From positions 213,233 to 277,232 of the forward strand of contig JAZQIZ010000001.1 of the NCBI GenBank assembly GCA_045541395.1: DNA of 64,000 nt, in the 5' to 3' direction. Each line of letters starts with the position of its first letter. Within the stretch, counting starts at the first letter, position 1. Position numbers and translations under genes: made by a program. This stretch comes from Eubacteriales bacterium. GTDB taxonomy: Bacteria > Bacillota > Clostridia > Oscillospirales > UMGS1783. This document shows positions 61,632 through 64,000 of this stretch, one piece after another. A model generated the notes under the pieces. The model was given only the letters and a program-made list of their open reading frames with translations, did not search any database and was not told where the DNA came from.

Positions 61632-62207
61632 ATGGCAAATAACATTAATATTGAAACCTCTGCAAGACATATTCATTTATCCGAAGCAGATCTTGCTACC
61701 CTTTTCGGCGAAGGCTATAAGCTTACCCCCAAGAAGGAACTTTCTCAGCCCGGTCAGTTTGCTTGTACTGAAAAAGTTACTGTAGTTGGCCCTAAGAAGG
61801 AATTAGGCGGCGTTTCTATTCTCGGTCCTACCCGTAAGGCTACTCAGGTTGAAATCTCTTTGACCGATGCTCGTTCTATAGGCCTTTCCGTTCCTATCAG
61901 AGAATCGGGCGACCTGGAAGGTTCTGCAGGCTGCAAGCTTATTGGTCCTTGCGGCGAAGTAACTCTTGAAAAGGGCGTTATTGCTGCTAAGAGACATATT
62001 CACCTTTCTGATACCGAAGCTGCAGAGCTTGGTGTAACAGATAAGGAAATCGTTAAAGTAGAAATTAATTCTGCTGAGCGATCCATTATCTTTGGTGACG
62101 TTGTTGTTAGAGTAAACAAGGATTACAGAAATGCAATGCATATCGACACCGATGAATCCAATGCTGCTTGCTTAAACGGCACAGAAAAAGGCACAATTAT
62201 TAAGTAA
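61632..62207 (+). CDS. pduL: PduL-type phosphate acyltransferase (phosphate propanoyl/acetyltransferase)
   Basis: Two PduL repeats with SARHIHLS and AKRHIHLS metal-binding motifs, plus a C-terminal HIDTDE.NA. Confidence 0.88.
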   Translation: MANNINIETSARHIHLSEADLATLFGEGYKLTPKKELSQPGQFACTEKVTVVGPKKELGGVSILGPTRKATQVEISLTDARSIGLSVPIRESGDLEGSAGCKLIGPCGEVTLEKGVIAAKRHIHLSDTEAAELGVTDKEIVKVEINSAERSIIFGDVVVRVNKDYRNAMHIDTDESNAACLNGTEKGTIIK

Positions 62208-62223
62208 TCAATACATAAAAAAT

Positions 62224-62255
62224 ATCCGTATGCTTGAGGCATACGGATATTTTTT
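62224..62255. terminator. bidirectional terminator between pduL and the aldose epimerase gene
   Basis: Stem atccgtatgc / gcatacggat followed by a T-run, with an A-run upstream. Confidence 0.8.
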
Positions 62256-62257
62256 AT

Positions 62258-63124
62258 TTAAAATGGGCTGATAGTATGAGTACACAGGAAGCTGGCACCA
62301 ACATTCAGACGCTGAATGTCTCTCTTCATAGGAAGCTCTGCGTTAAAGTCAACACCGTCGGAAACACCAAGCCAAGGCTCGAGGCAAATAAAGGGAGCAT
62401 CCTTTGCCTGCCAGATTCCAAGGTTCTTAAAATCGGAAAATTCAAGCTTTACACCGTGGCCTGAAACGTCACTCTTTAAGGTAACTTCGGTAGACTTAAC
62501 ATCAAACAGAACAGCAGCACTACCGTAATAATCCTCGTGATTCAGCATTAATGGCTGACCCATATCAACAAAAGGAACACCTGTTCTTGAAACAAGACCG
62601 TCCTCCAGGAAATATCTTTCAAGTCTTTCGGGTCTGTTGAAGTATATCTTATAATCCTCAAATGCTTCACCGTCAACCACGGGGCAACGATAAGCTTCAT
62701 GAGAGCCAACAGAGAAGAACATCATAGAAGTGCCTGTATTTTCAACTCTGTAATTTACTTCAAGAGAAGAACCCATAATACGGTATTCAATATAGAATTT
62801 AAAATCGAAAGGGTACTTCTTTTTAAGATCATCATTTGACTGCAGCATAAAAGTAACGCTTGAATCAGAATAATTAACTCTTTCAAAAACATTATCTCTT
62901 GCAAAGCCGTGCTGACCTATAGAATATGGGGTACCTGCATAAGTAAAAGTATCATGTTTGCATCTGCCTACAAAAGGAAACAGTACAGGAGCTCGTTTGC
63001 CCCAATATTTTGAATCGCCCTGCCAAATATATTCAATGCCGCCAAGCATAAGGCTCTGAAGTTCTGCGCCTTTATCTGCAATAATAGCAGTAAGTTTACC
63101 GTTAGATATAGTAGTTAAAGCCAT
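62258..63124 (-). CDS. aldose 1-epimerase family protein (LacX-like)
   Basis: It has mutarotase-fold length and motifs (PFVGR, HGFAR, LEPW). Confidence 0.75.
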   Translation of the reverse strand: MALTTISNGKLTAIIADKGAELQSLMLGGIEYIWQGDSKYWGKRAPVLFPFVGRCKHDTFTYAGTPYSIGQHGFARDNVFERVNYSDSSVTFMLQSNDDLKKKYPFDFKFYIEYRIMGSSLEVNYRVENTGTSMMFFSVGSHEAYRCPVVDGEAFEDYKIYFNRPERLERYFLEDGLVSRTGVPFVDMGQPLMLNHEDYYGSAAVLFDVKSTEVTLKSDVSGHGVKLEFSDFKNLGIWQAKDAPFICLEPWLGVSDGVDFNAELPMKRDIQRLNVGASFLCTHTISPF

Positions 63125-63139
63125 TATTATAACCTCCGA

Positions 63140-63694
63140 TTACATATTTTCGCCGGGTACAAACAGCGGTAATTCTTCAAGATATATTATATCATCCATC
63201 TTTGTCGCATCACCTTCAGCCAATATTGCCATTTTACCAACAATATTGCCGCCAGCCTTTTCAACAAGCTGTTCGAGTGCATTCAGGGATTCACCTGTGC
63301 TGATAACGTCGTCTACAACAAGCACTCTCTTACCCTTCATTTTTTCTACGTCTGCAGCATCAATATAAAGAGTCTGAACAGCTGCAGTGGTAATAGATTT
63401 AACATGAACTGCAATAGGATCGTGCATATAAAGCTTTGGAGCTTTTCGCGCAATAAGATATTCATTCTGTCCCTTCTGTCTTGCCATTTCATAAACGAGA
63501 GGAATACCCTTAGATTCTGCAGTAATCATTATATCATGCTCAGGGGCTTTTTCCAACAATGCTTTAGCGCAGGCGGAAGTTAATTCTACATCACCGAAAA
63601 TTACAAAAGCTGCTATATAAAGCTCATCATTTAATTTACAAAGAGGAAGATCCCTCTGAACACCTGCTACATTGAGAGTGTAAAATTCTTTCAT
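63140..63694 (-). CDS. phosphoribosyltransferase family protein (purine PRT-like)
   Basis: PRPP-binding motif VLVVDDVISTGES. 184 aa. Confidence 0.75.
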   Translation of the reverse strand: MKEFYTLNVAGVQRDLPLCKLNDELYIAAFVIFGDVELTSACAKALLEKAPEHDIMITAESKGIPLVYEMARQKGQNEYLIARKAPKLYMHDPIAVHVKSITTAAVQTLYIDAADVEKMKGKRVLVVDDVISTGESLNALEQLVEKAGGNIVGKMAILAEGDATKMDDIIYLEELPLFVPGENM

Positions 63695-63708
63695 AATACT
63701 TATCTCCT

Positions 63709-64000
63709 TTATGACATTAAATCAGACAACTGTCTTCCGGCTAAAATATGAAAATGTAAGTGCTGAACACTTTGACAAGCATCGGCACCGCAATTTGTTA
63801 CTACGCGGAAACCATTTTCAAGATTCTGTTCTCTTGCAATATCAGCTATTGCTTCAAAGCATTTTGCAATGATTGCAGAATTCTCTACTGTTACATCCTT
63901 TGCACCCTCAAGAATATGTTCCTTGGGAATAACAACAATATGAACAGGCGCCTGAGGATTTATATCCTTAAACGCAAGAACTTTATCATCTTCATATACT
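63709..64000 (-). CDS. HIT family protein (HinT-like), 5' end outside window
   Basis: My own translation of the minus strand gives ...YEDDKVLAFKDINPQAPVHIVVIPKEHI...VQHLHFHILAGRQL, which contains the histidine triad HxHxHxx. The stop codon is at 63709-63711. Confidence 0.85.
   Translation of the reverse strand, partial: VYEDDKVLAFKDINPQAPVHIVVIPKEHILEGAKDVTVENSAIIAKCFEAIADIAREQNLENGFRVVTNCGADACQSVQHLHFHILAGRQLSDLMS

Overview
Dense chromosomal segment of about 60 CDS on both strands from a low-GC, endospore-forming Firmicute. It looks Clostridia-like: yunB, spoIIM, ytvI and spoVFA/B are present. Most of the window is ordinary housekeeping: ligA, gap, prfA, tsaC, coaE, prmA, two Xer recombinases, proC, yajC-tgt-queA, asd-dapA, murE, comM, an ABC-F ATPase, hemW, lepA, tsaD-rimI, polA, rlmB, aroK, folD, lgt, an M16 peptidase pair, mrnC-recR-ybaB-dnaX with a short SRP RNA, rpe, carD-ispD-ispF and pduL. 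I saw no CRISPR array, tRNA, rRNA, transposase, phage or recognisable defence genes. The stand-out is a co-directional block of about 11 kb (6420-17417). It holds a FadR-type GntR regulator, a Clostridium kluyveri SucD-like CoA-acylating aldehyde dehydrogenase, succinyl-CoA-synthetase-like beta/alpha subunits, an acetoin/pyruvate-type E1alpha-E1beta-E2-E3 dehydrogenase complex, and a LarA-type nickel-pincer racemase. The E2 carries three lipoyl domains and two subunit-binding domains. The block has its own codon style and does not map onto a described pathway. Secondary candidates are: an 838-aa membrane protein that aligns in register with P1B-type ATPases but lacks every catalytic motif; a TSUP/TauE transporter encoded as two overlapping half-size genes; a 27-nt motif made of DnaA-box-like 9-mers repeated exactly upstream of murE and lepA; and an unusually short SRP RNA. 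All calls rest on reading the translations and sequence by eye and on recalled family motifs. No searches were run.
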